From a virus (lineage: Duplodnaviria; Caudoviricetes), in IMG/VR virus record IMGVR_UViG_2600255062_000003, positions 1 to 64,000 of that record: a DNA stretch of 64,000 nucleotides; one strand, 5' to 3'. The translations under genes and the position numbers were made by a program. The notes beneath the pieces were generated by a model. The model was given only the letters and a program-made list of their open reading frames with translations, ran no database searches and had not been told where the DNA came from. Shown piece by piece: positions 32,067 through 44,285 of the stretch. Each line of letters starts with the position of its first letter. The first letter of the stretch is position 1.

Positions 32067-33059
32067 TCATACTCTTACGCTTCTAACAGCTTTCTGTGAC
32101 CTGTTCATTATAGATGGCTCTAACCTCTTATTTGCTATTTCTATGTATTTAGGTTCAGTCTCAAATCCAATAAAATTTCTATTATTTTTCAAGGCGGCAA
32201 CAGCGGTAGTGCCAGAACCCATAAAGCAATCCAAGACTACGTCTCCTTCATTACTACTATGAAATATGATGTTTTCAACTAATTCTACTGGCTTTGCGGT
32301 TATATGTCCTTGATTTCTAGCGGGTGGATATAACCAAACGTTACTGTTTGCTCTTAAATCCTGCTTTACATTTGCTACATTGAAAGGGTAGCGATCATTT
32401 TCGTACGTTTTTAGTAAATGTTCGTAATCATATTCACCAATTAGAGAACAGATTAAATGCCAGTCCTGCTTTGTGGGAATGTTTTTTCCCAACATTACAT
32501 TCGAACACCAACCAGTCGGATTTCCGTTTTTAGAGGTCTTTAATTTACGAAAATCAATCTCCCTTAGTCCTTTCTTTTTCATTTCGGCATGAATGATTTT
32601 GGAAAAAGGAGTTTGAACATTCTCTTTTTGCAGCGTATAAAAGAAGCAGTACTCAGTAAACCCATTATAATAATTTCTCATCCCATTTATAGCTAATCTT
32701 TGTTGTACGTACCCATAATTCTTGAAATCGGGATTAATTTTGTTCCATGTTATCATCTGCTTAAAATTGAATTCTGTATTTTCTTTTAACCAATTTTGTA
32801 TATCCACAACTTGCAAAAAGTCATTATGAAAAAAATATAAGCTTCCTTTATCTTTTAGAACTCTTTCAATTTCTTTAAAGATCGATCCCATCCAATCTAT
32901 GTAATTTTCTATATTATCCCATGATGCTTTGTTGATATTATAAGGAGGGTCAATTACAACCAACCCTATACTTTTGTCTGGAATCAACTTCAAACCCTCT
33001 ATACAATCCATTTGATAAATATGATTAAGTTTTATGCTTCCCATTTGTTCTATACTCAA
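32067..33059 (-). CDS. Orphan N4/N6 DNA methyltransferase (beta class)
   Basis: DPPY followed by H...KP and LDCFMGSGTT; no neighbouring restriction gene. Confidence 0.9.
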   Translation of the reverse strand: MSIEQMGSIKLNHIYQMDCIEGLKLIPDKSIGLVVIDPPYNINKASWDNIENYIDWMGSIFKEIERVLKDKGSLYFFHNDFLQVVDIQNWLKENTEFNFKQMITWNKINPDFKNYGYVQQRLAINGMRNYYNGFTEYCFFYTLQKENVQTPFSKIIHAEMKKKGLREIDFRKLKTSKNGNPTGWCSNVMLGKNIPTKQDWHLICSLIGEYDYEHLLKTYENDRYPFNVANVKQDLRANSNVWLYPPARNQGHITAKPVELVENIIFHSSNEGDVVLDCFMGSGTTAVAALKNNRNFIGFETEPKYIEIANKRLEPSIMNRSQKAVRSVRV

Positions 33060-33110
33060 TTAACCAATCCTCTCTGTGACATATCGTGTTAAAATGTGCA
33101 TTTTATGAAA

Positions 33111-33425
33111 TTAATTATATTTTGGAACTAGTTTATTTACTTTAGAGTTATCTGCGAATTGAACAACTTTCATATTTACATCGGGTACGAATGTCAAAGC
33201 TTCAGCTACGGCATAGCTACCGTCTGGATTACGTTGTTGTGTAGATACTTGAACAAGACACCCGTTATGAAGGTTACACACCTTTGTTGATTTCATCCAT
33301 CCCTGCGACTCAGAACTCGCTTTACACAATAAGGAAAAAGTATCCCCATCGCCTATAGCTTTAATATCTGATATTTTTTCTTTTGCGTCCTTAATATTTT
33401 CTATGGATAAGTTTTTGTTTTCCAC
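33111..33425 (-). CDS. Phage protein of unknown function
   Basis: 104-aa ORF with RBS. Confidence 0.65.
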   Translation of the reverse strand: MENKNLSIENIKDAKEKISDIKAIGDGDTFSLLCKASSESQGWMKSTKVCNLHNGCLVQVSTQQRNPDGSYAVAEALTFVPDVNMKVVQFADNSKVNKLVPKYN

Positions 33426-33471
33426 TTAGCATTTTCTCCCTTTTTCTTTATAAAATTTGACTTTTACTTGC

Positions 33472-33729
33472 TTAATAAATTTCTTTTATGTAATCGTATG
33501 TTTTCTCAAATACATCTGGTTTACATGGATAAATTTCTCCATTAACACCTTGGATGATATAATCACCAGCTTCTCCACGCATAATGCCTTCAAGTGTGTT
33601 GATTTCACAATGAGTAGAGTGAGTAATAATATCATTTGATGAAACTTTATCACAAAACCAATCAGGTCTATCTTCAATCCAGTATCTAAATGCTTCAACT
33701 TCTACAGGTTTTTTGCGGTAAAGTGCCAC
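33472..33729 (-). CDS. Conserved small phage protein
   Basis: RKKPVEVEA...TLEG...GDYII.GV.GEIYPCKPDVF pattern. Confidence 0.7.
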   Translation of the reverse strand: MALYRKKPVEVEAFRYWIEDRPDWFCDKVSSNDIITHSTHCEINTLEGIMRGEAGDYIIQGVNGEIYPCKPDVFEKTYDYIKEIY

Positions 33730-33961
33730 TTTAACATTCTCCTTTATAATTTCTAATCAAATGCGGCATTTATTAAATATTCATTCAACCTTATGTTTAT
33801 TTAAATATTCTGAAGTGACTTTATCTTTTTCCAAATTATATTTATCCAACAAAAAGCTCAATAAGTCAATATCACTTACTTCCGTCCCGTTGCAAAATGG
33901 GCAATATTTAGGAGAAATACTAGTGTCATCAATGATATCGTCAATCTCGTAATCACCATCA

Positions 33962-34510
33962 TCAATACCAAACTTCTCCATGAGTATCGTGCTTAAAACT
34001 GTTACATACACGGCATGCTGGAACACAATTATCAATTCCATTACTTCCTTCAGGATCATAATGATCTTTATGGAGTTGTTGATTAAACATGTGTTTATGT
34101 TCTTTTTCAAGCAAACCGCAATAAGCACAAGAATTCTCAAAGAACGACTTACACTCTGACCACTCTATAATATTGAAAGTGTGCTTCTTGTTGGAATTTC
34201 GAATACTATGATACCCTTTTGAAAATTCTTTTCCTAATTCGCTTTTTTGCCAATCAGAATAATACTCCTTCCATCGTTCTTGATTGTCTATTTTCCATTT
34301 TTTCGCTCTTTCGTTTACCATATCTTTATTTTTTCTTCTCCATTCTCTTTTTTTTGGAAGATAAGACTCTCGGTTATCGTGATAATACTTCAACTGTTTT
34401 GTCTTATAACAAACCTTACACCACGAAGACAAAGTTTTTCCTTGCTTATAAAAGTGTTCTAATGTGGCAGGATACTCTTGGTTACATTTAGTACATTTCT
34501 TTTCGTTTAT
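33962..34510 (-). CDS. HNH endonuclease, probable ATA start, possibly 3'-truncated
   Basis: CAYCG...HKDH...NCVPACRVCN; N-terminal CxxC pairs. Confidence 0.75.
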   Translation of the reverse strand: MNEKKCTKCNQEYPATLEHFYKQGKTLSSWCKVCYKTKQLKYYHDNRESYLPKKREWRRKNKDMVNERAKKWKIDNQERWKEYYSDWQKSELGKEFSKGYHSIRNSNKKHTFNIIEWSECKSFFENSCAYCGLLEKEHKHMFNQQLHKDHYDPEGSNGIDNCVPACRVCNSFKHDTHGEVWY

Positions 34511-35608
34511 TACTCTATCTCCTTTCTGTAAAACCACTATTTTATTTTGAGATATTTATTCAATATTCGCTTAAAAATATCCTTATCTTCACTACTAACC
34601 TTAACGAATCTTTCTTTTTCTTCCTCATGAATAACCGTATTATCAACAATCATATTTACAATTTCATTGTTATGATCTATTTCCGTGTAAATTGATGTCG
34701 TTTGAGCAACATGATCCCCTGCCATGTATGGTTGAGATGGATTCTTTTTCTCTACAACTTCTTCAATAGTAATCAAAAGATTTCTATTTTTAGTCAATTG
34801 GCTACACACTCACTTTTCATCAAACTTGTATTTTACTTACCTAATCGTCGTAGTCAGTATCGTCTTCAACCTGAAATACTGAGTTACAGTTTGGACATTT
34901 ACATTGATGTGGAGATTCATCATAAAATCTATATTGATTACCTGCTCCACAATTAACACAACGAAAATATCCTTGCATCCACCCACTTATTTTTTCGGGG
35001 GTTTCGCAATTTACTGAATAAACAAGATATTCTTTTGCTCCATCGTATGGAGGTTTATAATTAAATAGTGTTAGTTGTGTCACTATTAAGCTCCTCTATT
35101 TATTTATGCATTAAAACGTTCTACATCCTTTATGATACTGCTTGCCTTTATACTTGAATTTAGCTATAAACGTTTTAATAAGAATCAAAGTATCATTTAC
35201 TCGTTCTAGAACAATTACTCCGTATCTAGTCATCCATCTAATCTTACCTTGAACATTTGGGAGTGAAGCCACCTCTTTAATAAGGCGACCCACTCCAATG
35301 TTGCTCTGCTCACATCTAACTCGCGCATGTTCGCTGATCTTGATTCTCATAAAATCACCGTTTTACAGACTTAAGAGCCTTGCGCACTTTTGCAAATTTC
35401 GTGAGCGTTGCCCCTTCTTTTTGTCCATTCACGGCAGGCTTAACAAATTGATACTTCAATCCTTGTTTAATTGCGATACGTTTTGCTTCTTTTACTGCTC
35501 CAAGATAGTCAGTTGGTAGATTGTTGATTACCGCGCTTTTGTTTTGTGTGTTTACTGCGATTCCGTAAAATTTCATATGTATATTTCTCCGTTCATATAT
35601 GTATTTTT

Positions 35609-37246
35609 TTACTTATTTTCTCTGTAGTCTTCTATAAATAGTTGGAGCGTTTTGGTAACTTTGAATTTTGGTCTATAAACTTTCCATACATTTATATTTA
35701 ATGTTCCAATTGCTTCAATCTCACTAAAGACTGGAACACTTTTATAGTAATTTACGTCAGTCTTAAACTTCATAAGCTGAAGCTTGTCGCAGTCAATTTT
35801 AACGGTGTTGTTGGACTGGCCCATCAACTTCTTATCTGATACAAACAACCCTTTAATAAGAAATCTACCCTGTTTGAATTTATTGCCTGTGATCCGATAG
35901 AATTCAGAAAGATAGTTGATTAGATTTTCGTTTACCTGATTGATGTCAAATTCAAGGTCATAATATAATGAATTATCTGCAACAAAATTCTGAAGCTTTC
36001 CGTTAAGCTCTTGACGTAATACTTCAATGTCTTTTTTCAACAATTGAAGTCCACCAGCTCCATCATGTCCACCTGTATGAATAACGTTATTGCAATCACC
36101 AAGCATATCTAACATTGAAAAATCTTCTAAACCTCGAAAGCTTCCTGCATATGTATCTTCACTGTCTCCATTGCCAAGTACAATTGCTGGCCTACTATAT
36201 GTTCTGGACAGTTCTTGCGCTACTAGTCCATTCATCCCTTTTCCAAGAGTATGATCAATAACAATAACAACTTTGTCATTTGCGTTAACCAAAGGCTTCA
36301 ATCTAACTAATGCTTCAGCTTGAACAACTTTACGTTTTTCATTTAACTTGATCAATTCTTTTACTATCGCTTTAATTTCTGGCGAGTCTTCATCACACAT
36401 CAAGAAGTCTATTGCTAATTGAATATTATCTGCTCTCGTGGCTGCCGTAACAGCAGGGCTTACTCCATAAAGAAAGTCCGTTGCTGAAAGGTTATTTAAG
36501 TCAAAGTTCATAGCTGCAAATAACACTTTTAATCCAGCATGTCGTAATCCCTTCAAGGACAGTTTCGCAAAATATCTATTCTCTAACTCCATCATTGACA
36601 TCATGTCTGCCATCAATGAAAATCCCGGCAAGTCAGATAGTTGATTTGCATAATGTGTATCCATGTAATCATCAATTACCTGGCAAACCTTGAACACAAG
36701 TAATCCACCACAAGCATTTTTATTTGGATATTTGCAGTCTGCTAACTGAGGATTTACTATGGTGGCATAAGGATTGTCATTAGTAATAGCATGATGATCA
36801 ATAATTAAGCATTCAATACCCTTGTCTACTAATATCTTCATTGATTCTGTATCATTACTTGAACTATCTACAGCAATAAATAGCTTTGTATGCTCAGGAA
36901 TTTGATCAATCAAATTATTAATCGAGTGACCTTCACTTCTTTCATTGCATACATAATGAACATCGTCAGTGAAATTTTTTAGATACTTGTACAGTAATAC
37001 TAGCGATGTTACGCCATCATAATCTGGATCTCCAGATATCGTGACTGTTTCATGTTTTCTGATTGCTGAAATAATCCTAGTTACTAATGAATCAATATTT
37101 TTGAGTAAATATGGGCTACATATTACATTAGATAGTGGATTTAGAAATTGGTCTATATCTTCGATGCCATTGATTTTAGCCAACTTACTATATGTATTGT
37201 CATAAGGCTCAAATGGGATTTTAGGTTGCTTTTGCTTCCAAGCTAT
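35609..37246 (-). CDS. RecJ-like DHH ssDNA exonuclease (YorK-like), ATA start
   Basis: GDPDYDG, IIDHH, GSFRG, GGHDGAGG; AAGGAGTG RBS then ATA. Confidence 0.88.
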   Translation of the reverse strand: MAWKQKQPKIPFEPYDNTYSKLAKINGIEDIDQFLNPLSNVICSPYLLKNIDSLVTRIISAIRKHETVTISGDPDYDGVTSLVLLYKYLKNFTDDVHYVCNERSEGHSINNLIDQIPEHTKLFIAVDSSSNDTESMKILVDKGIECLIIDHHAITNDNPYATIVNPQLADCKYPNKNACGGLLVFKVCQVIDDYMDTHYANQLSDLPGFSLMADMMSMMELENRYFAKLSLKGLRHAGLKVLFAAMNFDLNNLSATDFLYGVSPAVTAATRADNIQLAIDFLMCDEDSPEIKAIVKELIKLNEKRKVVQAEALVRLKPLVNANDKVVIVIDHTLGKGMNGLVAQELSRTYSRPAIVLGNGDSEDTYAGSFRGLEDFSMLDMLGDCNNVIHTGGHDGAGGLQLLKKDIEVLRQELNGKLQNFVADNSLYYDLEFDINQVNENLINYLSEFYRITGNKFKQGRFLIKGLFVSDKKLMGQSNNTVKIDCDKLQLMKFKTDVNYYKSVPVFSEIEAIGTLNINVWKVYRPKFKVTKTLQLFIEDYRENK

Positions 37247-38170
37247 GGTTAAATCACTCCTTAATACCTTTTATTGAATACTTATTTTGAATTTTTCAGG
37301 TAGTGTAATTTTAAGGTTACTGTTAATTGCTTTCATAAAACTATAAGTGAGATACCTATTTTCTCTTCCTGTCTGTTTATTGACGATCCTAATATTTGCT
37401 TTTTGTTGCAAATCAATCACTCCAGTTCAGGATATTTTTATCTCTCTATTTTCGTGCAGGCACAACATGTGGAATTCCTCGTTGTTTATCCTTAATAAAT
37501 ATTTCATTCGTGTCCAAATTTACAATTTGATAGTCTTTGTACATATCTACGTACCACCACAATACATAAGCGACATGCTCTAATGTGTTCCATACTGTTG
37601 CTCTATCAGTGGTTTCAACATCTTCATATGGATGATCAGTACCCGAATCTACATGTAAGAGATACTTATTTGTTGCCGCATCTTGAATTACAAACCTGTA
37701 GTGTTCATCTGTCATTGATGTTCCTCCTCTCTGAACGTATTAATCCTTAATAACATTTAAGAATCTGAGGCCTAAAATAAAGTCTCCGTGATTAACATTG
37801 GTTTCAGTGGTTGTCCATTCTGTTTCATATCCATGCGCCATCAATATAGACTGAATTTCATTTATAAATTCTCCTTGCTCCTCTTGGTTGTAACGATAAA
37901 AATTCATTTTATTCCACCTTATAAAATAGTAGTTTTACCCATTTTTCATATTGTGACGTAGTATGTTTATTTCCATTTGAGCCAATCTAAGTTGTTCTTT
38001 AAGCAAGAAAGCATATTCGACTGACCCTTTGCTGGCTTCTTTTATCTTTTTATCAATCTTTTTCATCTGCTTATCAATTACTGAGATACTTTCTATTGTC
38101 ATACTCATTTCATTGTTCATAGTTACCCATCACTCCTTTTTATAAAATCTTGTTTTTACTCCCACTCTCC

Positions 38171-38746
38171 TCAAAAGATACCCATTTTATAATACTTAAT
38201 TATTCTCCATTCCCCATTAGAGATATATTTGTTTACTGTATTTACATTAATCTCATAGGTATTTAAAGTATCAACGTGTACAATAGAATACTTATCTCCT
38301 AATTTAGTAGCATAATATTCAAATCCATTCTGATTTTTAAAATAAAATGAATCTTTTAGTTCAATTTCGTTCTTGGTATTATTTTTGTTTGTTATCTCAT
38401 CAAGCTCTTTAAGCAGAGAATACATCGCTTTATCTTTCAAAGAAATCAACTCATTAATATATTCATCTGTAAATCCATTTCTTCTCATATCAATTTGCTG
38501 CTTTAAATAACTAATCCGTTTTTCTTTCTCCACTCGTTCTACATGGCTCTTGGTGTCCACCTTGGACACAATCCATCTTGTAGGCTTAACCCCTTGATGA
38601 GAATTCGAAATTCTCAGTACTCTACCTGTCTCATAGCCTTTTTGAGTGTCACAAACAACTAAATCGTCTTTTTTTAATTCAATATCAGTGTAGAATGCGT
38701 ATGGCGTTGGACTCCCATTATGTTTTACAATTGCAATTTTAGTCAT
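38171..38746 (-). CDS. Hypothetical protein with an internal junction repeat
   Basis: RBS and ATG at 38746; TAAAA-TGAATC-TTTTA at 38343. Confidence 0.65.
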   Translation of the reverse strand: MTKIAIVKHNGSPTPYAFYTDIELKKDDLVVCDTQKGYETGRVLRISNSHQGVKPTRWIVSKVDTKSHVERVEKEKRISYLKQQIDMRRNGFTDEYINELISLKDKAMYSLLKELDEITNKNNTKNEIELKDSFYFKNQNGFEYYATKLGDKYSIVHVDTLNTYEINVNTVNKYISNGEWRIIKYYKMGIF

Positions 38747-40976
38747 ATGTATTATTCTCCTTTTTATCTGCTGTTTTTCTGAGACCAATTTTTGTATTCA
38801 TCTGATCTAATAGCAAAATAATCACCATCATGCTGAAAATATTTATAAGCAATAAGTTTATTAGCCGTGTTTTTTATATTCACTCTATCCCCCATAGTTA
38901 CGGGAATCCATTGATACAGCTCATTTACTTCATCAAGCCAAGTTAAGAAGTTCTCCCATTCGAGCTTTGATACAGTTTGAAAGTCGTCTGATTTGAACAA
39001 ATCATCACATCATTTCGTAAAAGTATATTTTTATTCGAAAAATTGTTTTAGATCCTCAATACCATCTCGAAGTTTTCCAAGGTCACTATTAATATCGTCT
39101 TCAATTTGCTCACTTTCGGGAATGTCCTCAAAAACTTCATCCCAACTGATAATTTGTAGGTTGTGCAATGCTTTTTCCATTTCTAGAACTACTTCTTTAG
39201 CTTGTCTAATGTTCATATGTATTCTCCCTTTTAATATATTTGCCTTATTTATTTTAACTAATTTGTTCAATCTTATATTCATTGATGATGTGCTCTAGGC
39301 TACGCTTTTGATCTTCGGTCAACATCAGTGCATAATTTACCAATGTCTTTTCTTTTGGTAAAGGCTTATCGATTTCTTCGTATGTGACGCTTGAAATCTC
39401 ATCAACCCAATACAATCTGTCACCAACATCTTGTTTGGCACTTACAATATCTGCATGAATATTAACACTATAAAATTTGTCTGCTACTTTACAAATAAGT
39501 GACGCTTCATCCTCGTAATACCCTTGTCCACAATCTAAGTAGTCTCTACCGATATCTTTAAAGTGCTCTACGATATCATTTTCTTTGGTTAAATATACTT
39601 CGTCTTCAATTACACCATATTCATCAATCAGATACTGTTCCATATGTATTGCTCCTTTTACAAACTATTTAGGGCTTCTCTGCCTCTCTCATCCAGCATT
39701 TTTGAATCAAAAATCAAATGTTTTCGTTCAAGGTCACTATTGTCAGAATCCCAACTTCTTCTCTCATTAAAGTATTCAAATGAATCTTCTGACAAATTTA
39801 ACAACTCTGTATCTCTATATCTACTTTTCAAAACATAGTACCGATCTTTATCTGGATGTTCAATTAGAATTACACTTGGAGTCCATGTAATTGATTTGCT
39901 TGGTAAAGAATGTCTGATTATGTTGAGTTTTTCACTGTCTTCAATAAATAAAATATTCAACGTTCTTACCACCTTTCTTGGTAAAATTCAAATTTTACAA
40001 AGAAGTTATCTTCCTATTGGGGTATACTCGACTACCTCAAATTCATCTCTTATCGTCTTGACGATTTTTTCTTGACCTTCTTGCCCCAGTTCCCACCAGT
40101 CAAAGCCTTTATAATTGTATCTTGCTTCGTCATAGGAGTCTGATGTGATAACTCCGTTTGCTGCTCCCTTGGTTGTGTACACCAGTTTACGACCTTTGCA
40201 TTGATAGGGCTGACCATTTCTATATATAACAAAAACTGTTTCGTTTTTTATTTGTAGTGATATTGTTAATCATCCTCTCTGTATGAAATGATCTGTGCTC
40301 CAATGATGATATCCTCAATATCACGAATCTCAATAGTCAAAGTGTCTTGGTCATTAAACAGTACAACTTCCTCTATGTATCCATATTCATTAACAATGTT
40401 TACGTGTGCTCTGTTAAGTTCGTGATCAATGGGAACAAAGTTTCCATATTCAACTGCCTGAAGCGCGGCCTCCAAAATCGACTTGCCCATTGTATTACCA
40501 CCAACTTCATAAATTAAGGCACCAACATAGTCTTCATACATTAGGCTAACTTTCACCTGATGAATTTTACGATTATTTACCTCATAATACTTCATTTTGT
40601 CGTTTCTCCTTTCTAGATAAATTCCAACTTTGATAAAGAAATTGAGAGGTTGTTAACTATGGATGGTCTATGATCAACCTCAACTATGTATCAATTTTTA
40701 AATGATTATTTTTGTTTATAAAACTCTTTTTTGCAGCATAACATAAAAGTTGTTGATTCTCTGCCATCATCGTTAATTATGAATAGCTCCGCTTCCCCCA
40801 AGCTACTTGCATTAGCTTCCCACCTGCCTAACTCATAAATTTTCCCCTCCGTCACCTTTAATCCTTGGTGCATCTTCGATTTAATCAAAACATGAGTTGC
40901 CGTGTCTAAATTCTCTGTGAGAATTAGATCAGCAAGTAGAATAGACATGCGACCATCTCCCTTGTTTCATATTACG

Positions 40977-41005
40977 ATTATATTTGTTTATATGTTATTT
41001 GTCAA
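40977..41005 (-). promoter_or_regulatory. Perfect consensus sigmaA promoter
   Basis: TTGACA-17nt-TATAAT upstream of ORF 40706-40948. Confidence 0.85.
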
Positions 41006-41063
41006 CATTTAATGTGATTATATTAGTTTATATGTAGTGTGTGTGATAAAACCTACATTTTAC

Positions 41064-42101
41064 TCAGATAGGTATCTTGTATTTTTCTTGATTCATTAAT
41101 GTCATAAAAAATTCCAATCCTTTGTCTATGGGAGCATCTTTTTCTTCAAGCACATTTCTGTTTTTATGCGCCAAAATACAATAAACGTTATCTCTGATAA
41201 CAAATTTACTCGCTTCCTCTTTTATATCAGCAGCACTTATGTTGTTATCGAAGGCCAATATAACCTCTACGCCTAAACGCTCAAGCTTCAACACCTGCGT
41301 TTTACTTAACTCGTGTCCACCTACACTCACAGTGTGCTTAATACCATAGCTCCACGCCTTCTGAACGCTCTTCTCAGCTTCCCATACAATTACTCTACCA
41401 GCCTTTTTTATATGATTGTATGTCTTATCTAAGCCATATAGGATCTGGCTCTTTGGGGTTGGTATAGGGAACCAATATTTAGATGTTTTTAGTGTTTTAT
41501 AATCAAGCGTAGTTCTTCCTTTGACCCCAACAAGCGTCCCCAGTTCATCTCTGATCGGTATTGTTATACAGTTATCCCTTAGAGAATACCCAACTTCAAA
41601 CAATCTCTGCGTATCGCAATTTATTCCTTCATCAAGAAATAGTTTATTTGGGATAGATATGTAAGAGTTTAGAATAGATTCATCTACTTTTCTTAGCGGA
41701 ACTTCATCGTAAGCTTCGGTCTTTGGTTCTATTAAATCTAGAAACTGAAGACATGGATCTATTTCTGCTTTTGTATATTTATAATCAGCGTAATAACTAT
41801 AACCACAAACTTCACAAATATAGTACATGGCCTTTGAAAAGGAGATATCTTTATAATGTTGAACAAGTGTTATAATGTCTGGATGCCCACTACCTAGTTT
41901 GGGCAGGGGGTTCGTATAGCAATTTACAAGTAAAGTATCAGTAAAAACCTGAAGACTAGAAGGGTTATCTCCTCCCGGCCTTGTCGATCTTATTTCCCCA
42001 TAACTAGACATCCTATCATTAATATGACAACCGAGAGATGTTAAAATATCTGCAACTTTATTGTCTTTTATTATGTTTTCTTTTAAAGTTTGGGCGTCAA
42101 T
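41064..42101 (-). CDS. Phage DNA primase (TOPRIM, YorJ-like), ATT start
   Basis: IPIRDELGTLVGVKGR, LYGL, WEAEKSV, LAFDN; GAGGTG RBS then ATT. Confidence 0.85.
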   Translation of the reverse strand: MDAQTLKENIIKDNKVADILTSLGCHINDRMSSYGEIRSTRPGGDNPSSLQVFTDTLLVNCYTNPLPKLGSGHPDIITLVQHYKDISFSKAMYYICEVCGYSYYADYKYTKAEIDPCLQFLDLIEPKTEAYDEVPLRKVDESILNSYISIPNKLFLDEGINCDTQRLFEVGYSLRDNCITIPIRDELGTLVGVKGRTTLDYKTLKTSKYWFPIPTPKSQILYGLDKTYNHIKKAGRVIVWEAEKSVQKAWSYGIKHTVSVGGHELSKTQVLKLERLGVEVILAFDNNISAADIKEEASKFVIRDNVYCILAHKNRNVLEEKDAPIDKGLEFFMTLMNQEKYKIPI

Positions 42102-42119
42102 TTTAAATCACCTCTCAAG

Positions 42120-43652
42120 TCATTCTTCTTTGTTAAGTGCCTTTTTCAAATCCTTAACTTGTTTTTCTGTTTTAAGCTTCTTACTTTCTTTTTTGAGCTG
42201 CTTTAATTCCTTTTCGTTTTCAGAAGGAACAAGATAGCCTCTCTCAATCCATATATTTTTACCTTTATCAACTTCAAAACATAAAATATCTTTATCTTTG
42301 CCACCACGGTTTTTATCAATAACAACCATATAATAGTTTGTATGTATATCTAATTGAGCTGTAGATTCTCCAACAAACGGGTCATTAGGATTGAATATAA
42401 CAAACTTATCGTATTGATCTCTAGGTATTGGTTTAGCCATCATTAGTGCATCGGCTACGTGCTTAATATGTTTACCGTTAGCAATGGCTTGGCTTGTCAA
42501 CATATCATTAAACAAACTATCATCCGTCAATTGGAATGTAGACCATACTGGGATATCCTCTGTGCTTGCAACTTCCTTCAACATATCGGCAGTCCTAACA
42601 AATGTCATCCAATCATGATCGGGCGCTTTCATTGTGTCATATATAATTAACTGACAATTTCTTAATTTGTGCCTTTTAATTTGTCGCTTAAGTGTATTTT
42701 CGTCATACTTGTTGAGTTCTAAAAAATAAATCTTACTGTTCTCTTTTATGTATCGAGCTGCTTCTTTAACAATCTCTTCTTCGTCCTCAGTCAAAGTTCC
42801 AGTTACAATTTTCGTTTCATCAATTCCGTCTATACCTTTTCTTTTCATTTGAATATCGAATCCAAATTCGGGATTGTTTAGGACGCTACTGATCTGCATA
42901 CCCAACCATTCATTTTCATCCTGTTCATTCACAAGTACCAGCACAGGGATTTTCAGCTTAATTCCAAGATAACATGCTATTTTACTTGTAGTACGACTTT
43001 TGCCACATCCACTATGCATCCCAAAAAGATTGAATTTCTTACCCCTAAGTCCACGCAATAGAGAATTGATTATCTCAAATGGAATTGGTATTCCTACGTC
43101 TGGAGTTAACTTCCATTCTTCAATCTTTTCAGGCATGTTATGTCCTAAAATAACACTGTCTTCTACTCCACCAATCACTGTACCAATAGTATTGATCTGG
43201 TACTCCATTCCTTTTATGATATCTTCGGTTCCAATCTTATCGAAATCTTTTCTATCCATTAATTTTTGAACCGGGAAACCTTTTCGTTCAAATTCTCTAA
43301 GCAGAGAAAACTTTTTAAGCTTCTCATAATAGCCGGGGAAATCATCTAAATCAACTATTCTTGTAATTCTATCTATGTATGAGTAGCCCTTCAGATAATC
43401 ATACTTCTTTTTTCGTTCATCATTCGAATTCATATATATGTTTATTTTTACTTCATTTATTTCTGTTCCTGCATGTTGACTATATAAATCAAGTAATGAA
43501 TCGTACATAAACCTAGCCGATGGCTGATTAAAATCATATTTAGATTTAATCACTTCGCTATAATCTAAAAGTAAATCAGGATTTAAATAAAAGCTTCCCA
43601 CCACTAACGTTTCAGTTGAAATGTCTTCGATTGTAGATGTTACGTCAGAAAT
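42120..43652 (-). CDS. DnaB-like replicative helicase (YorI-like), probable ATT start
   Basis: MHSGCGKS Walker A, IIYD, FQL, DKNRGG; GAGGAGGG RBS then ATT. Confidence 0.85.
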   Translation of the reverse strand: MSDVTSTIEDISTETLVVGSFYLNPDLLLDYSEVIKSKYDFNQPSARFMYDSLLDLYSQHAGTEINEVKINIYMNSNDERKKKYDYLKGYSYIDRITRIVDLDDFPGYYEKLKKFSLLREFERKGFPVQKLMDRKDFDKIGTEDIIKGMEYQINTIGTVIGGVEDSVILGHNMPEKIEEWKLTPDVGIPIPFEIINSLLRGLRGKKFNLFGMHSGCGKSRTTSKIACYLGIKLKIPVLVLVNEQDENEWLGMQISSVLNNPEFGFDIQMKRKGIDGIDETKIVTGTLTEDEEEIVKEAARYIKENSKIYFLELNKYDENTLKRQIKRHKLRNCQLIIYDTMKAPDHDWMTFVRTADMLKEVASTEDIPVWSTFQLTDDSLFNDMLTSQAIANGKHIKHVADALMMAKPIPRDQYDKFVIFNPNDPFVGESTAQLDIHTNYYMVVIDKNRGGKDKDILCFEVDKGKNIWIERGYLVPSENEKELKQLKKESKKLKTEKQVKDLKKALNKEE

Positions 43653-43665
43653 GTTATCGCCCTCC

Positions 43666-44271
43666 TCAGTCAAACAGTGTTGTAACGTCAATCTGGTCAG
43701 ACTCATCATTTGATGCTACTTTGTTAATTTGGATCTGGTTAATCCTCTCACGGACATTACTCATTGATTCTACATGTTTACTTAATGCCTCAGACTCCAC
43801 TTGATTTCGCTTAGTTTGTCTATTCGCTCTAATGGAGTTCTCAATATTGTTTTTTACTATTGCAAAACAATATTTCAACTCAGCCATTATAGTTTTGAAT
43901 TCTTTATTGCCTCTGGCCCATTCTATTTTCTCAGAGCAGTAATCATATGTATCTCCAATAACTTTATACGTTACTCCTTGCTTATACTTCCTATCTAACT
44001 TACCAAACAACACAGAATCATTTCTCAAATCTTGAATGAACGGATAAAAAGATTTAGGCATAGATTGTCTGCTTTGCAGTTTATGTATCTTAACTATTGT
44101 GTCTGTCAGTGAATCTAATTCCTCTTGTTCTTTTTGTTTAAATACTTTTTCTCGCTTCCATTTCTCATGACAGTATTCCTTATGATAATGCCGCTTATCT
44201 GTTTCTCTAACCATATCTGCTTTATGACCATATTGCCCACATACAGGACATTTCAATAATCGTTCAGCCAA
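43666..44271 (-). CDS. Zn-finger replication-associated protein
   Basis: CPVC...HKEYC; directly upstream of helicase. Confidence 0.55.
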   Translation of the reverse strand: MAERLLKCPVCGQYGHKADMVRETDKRHYHKEYCHEKWKREKVFKQKEQEELDSLTDTIVKIHKLQSRQSMPKSFYPFIQDLRNDSVLFGKLDRKYKQGVTYKVIGDTYDYCSEKIEWARGNKEFKTIMAELKYCFAIVKNNIENSIRANRQTKRNQVESEALSKHVESMSNVRERINQIQINKVASNDESDQIDVTTLFD

Positions 44272-44285
44272 CTAATCACCTCCTT

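Noticed and set aside
29810-33729. Assigning small conserved proteins (29810, 33111, 33472) as known anti-defence sponges
   Set aside because: I cannot match them confidently to Tad/Acb families without an HMM or structure search.
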